Source: Acinetobacter phage vB_AbaSI_3
Strand: one strand, 5' to 3'
Sequence record: PQ382034.1
DNA length: 64,000 nucleotides
Part shown: one piece after another, positions 62,661-64,000 of the stretch
Layout: each line of letters opens with the position of its first letter
How positions within the stretch are numbered: position 1 is the stretch's first letter
Made by a program: the position numbers and the translations under genes
Notes under the pieces: model-generated
Seen by the model: only the letters and a program-made list of their open reading frames with translations
What the model was told of the DNA's origin: nothing
Databases searched by the model: none

Positions 62661-64000
62661 TGACTACAAAACTTAAACTTCCATATGTTGTTGGAATTCC
62701 AGAAGACGGGCAACGCCGTCTTTCTTGGATCAGAGATGGCGAACTCCTTGAAGGTGCCAAAAGTAGATACGGGAGTGAAGGCAACCTGAATCTTATGCAA
62801 AAACAACTCCAAGAAAATATTGTTGTTATTGCAAATGAAATTGATAGCGCTAATGCATCTAATGCTATTATTGAAGATGAATTAGAAAAAATCAAAGAAA
62901 TTTTAGCAGATGTAGGCAATACTTCGCTCATCGAACAGGTTAACGAAAATAAAAATAACATTGATGGTTTAAAGGATTCTTTAGATACTTTAGACGAGCA
63001 TTCTAAAGGTGTAGAACAATCTGTTACTGATCTCAAATCTTTAGTGGGATCACCTATTCAATTTGTAGATGGAAATCTAACGGCATTTGAAAACTTGCAC
63101 TTTATCAAATCAGTAATAGGTAATGAAAAAGATTTTGATGTTAATGGTGATTCAGCGCCAAATAATCCTGAAAGTGGCCTAATAGCTAAAATAAATAGCG
63201 CTATTACTCAAACTATTGAAAATAAAGGTAAAATTGACAATATTGAAGCTGAATTAGCTGAAGCAAACCTTTCAGGATTAGAGTCTAAAGTATCAAATAT
63301 TCGTTCAGAACTGGGTGAGACACCTAATGGCAAAACAATATATTCTAGGCTTAACGCTATAGAAGATAACGAAGTCGAAGTAGATTCACGAATTGATAAA
63401 ATTAACGAATCTATTGGCACAGAAAGTGTTACTAAACGAATAGATTCAGTAAACGTTGAAATTTCTGATATCAAAGCTGAAATTAATGGTACTAATGGCA
63501 TCAAAGCCTCGATATCTAAATTGGATGATACGGTATTCACAGAAGACACAGGACTTGTATCACGTGTGTCTTCTGTTGAAAATACTTCTAACGCGTTGAA
63601 TTCAACCGTAAATGATCCGGAATCCGGATTGGTCAAGGCGATAGAAAATATATCATCAACAATAGGTTTGAGTGATTCTTCACCTAATACAATTTTAGGG
63701 CGAATCAATACACTTGAGCTCAACACTGGCAATACTGCCGCAACTGTTCAAGATATGCAAGTAACACTAGGCGACGGTTCGTCTGGATTAGTAGCTGATG
63801 TTAATGCATCATCAAAATCACTTTATGGTAATGCCGAAGCTGAAGACCCGGTAGATAAAGCAGGCGTAGTGGCTGCAACAAAAACAGTTTACAACGGTTT
63901 GAACACCACTAATGCTGCTGTTAAAGGGCTTTATGATAGATTGAAATATTCTGGATTGACGTTCTCTAGTTTATCTGATGCAACATATACTGATAATGCC
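62660..64000 (+). CDS. wac: fibritin (whisker antigen control, wac), N-terminal part; continues beyond the window
   Basis: The N-terminus GIPEDGQRRLSWIRDGELLEGAKSRYGSEGNLN matches T4 wac (GPPAEGQSRISWIKNGEEILGADTQYGSEGSMN), followed by coiled-coil heptads. Confidence 0.8.
   Translation, partial: MTTKLKLPYVVGIPEDGQRRLSWIRDGELLEGAKSRYGSEGNLNLMQKQLQENIVVIANEIDSANASNAIIEDELEKIKEILADVGNTSLIEQVNENKNNIDGLKDSLDTLDEHSKGVEQSVTDLKSLVGSPIQFVDGNLTAFENLHFIKSVIGNEKDFDVNGDSAPNNPESGLIAKINSAITQTIENKGKIDNIEAELAEANLSGLESKVSNIRSELGETPNGKTIYSRLNAIEDNEVEVDSRIDKINESIGTESVTKRIDSVNVEISDIKAEINGTNGIKASISKLDDTVFTEDTGLVSRVSSVENTSNALNSTVNDPESGLVKAIENISSTIGLSDSSPNTILGRINTLELNTGNTAATVQDMQVTLGDGSSGLVADVNASSKSLYGNAEAEDPVDKAGVVAATKTVYNGLNTTNAAVKGLYDRLKYSGLTFSSLSDATYTDNA

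Noticed and set aside
62647-63732. Minus-strand ORFs 62647..63036 and 63208..63732
   Set aside because: They are antisense to the well-supported wac (fibritin) gene and have low-complexity Ser/Leu-rich translations typical of reading coiled-coil-coding DNA backwards.

Overview
This 64-kb window is a segment of a T4-like myovirus genome (Tevenvirinae / Straboviridae-like), AT-rich and compactly packed. From 1 to about 48.5 kb nearly every gene is on the minus strand: the early/middle replication, nucleotide-metabolism and recombination module. From 48.58 kb onward the late baseplate and fiber genes run on the plus strand, starting from a divergent TATAAATA late-promoter region between gp4 and gp53. 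Recognisable T4 orthologues (by my recall of the T4 protein sequences) are gp41 helicase, gene 42 dCMP hydroxymethylase, a split DNA polymerase gp43 (43A + 43B), RegA, gp62, gp44, gp45, gp46, gp47, gp55, EndoVII (gp49), NrdC, gp57A, gp1, gp3, gp2, gp4, gp53, gp5, gp5.4 (PAAR), gp6, gp7, gp8, gp9, gp10, gp11, gp12 and the start of wac. A densely packed tRNA array sits at 41.69-44.30 kb. Intergenic regions carry TGnTATAAT extended -10 early promoters and short GC hairpins with GNRA-like loops, as in T4. The most interesting content is a DNA-hypermodification module at 3.8-11.0 kb. Next to the dCMP hydroxymethylase are two paralogous GT-B glycosyltransferases and a complete-looking NDP-pentose (arabinose-type) synthesis pathway: an SIS/KdsD-like isomerase, a HAD phosphatase and a fused sugar-1-kinase / nucleotidyltransferase. 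This points to glycosylated hydroxymethyl-pyrimidine DNA carrying an unusual sugar, possibly multiply glycosylated. Other notable items: gp43 split by a 2-kb insert of five small ORFs; a ~60-110-bp element present as inverted copies 31 kb apart (one copy inside the gp43 insert, the other carrying an expanded 18-bp tandem array); an ArfB/release-factor-like protein with the GGQ motif replaced (SGARRW) next to the tRNA array; a tRNA with a predicted CUA (amber-reading) anticodon; degenerate tRNA-like elements; an extra metallophosphoesterase between gp47 and gp46; and a run of five secreted proteins ending in an SLT lytic transglycosylase. All calls rest on reading the sequence and recalled family knowledge; no database searches were run.
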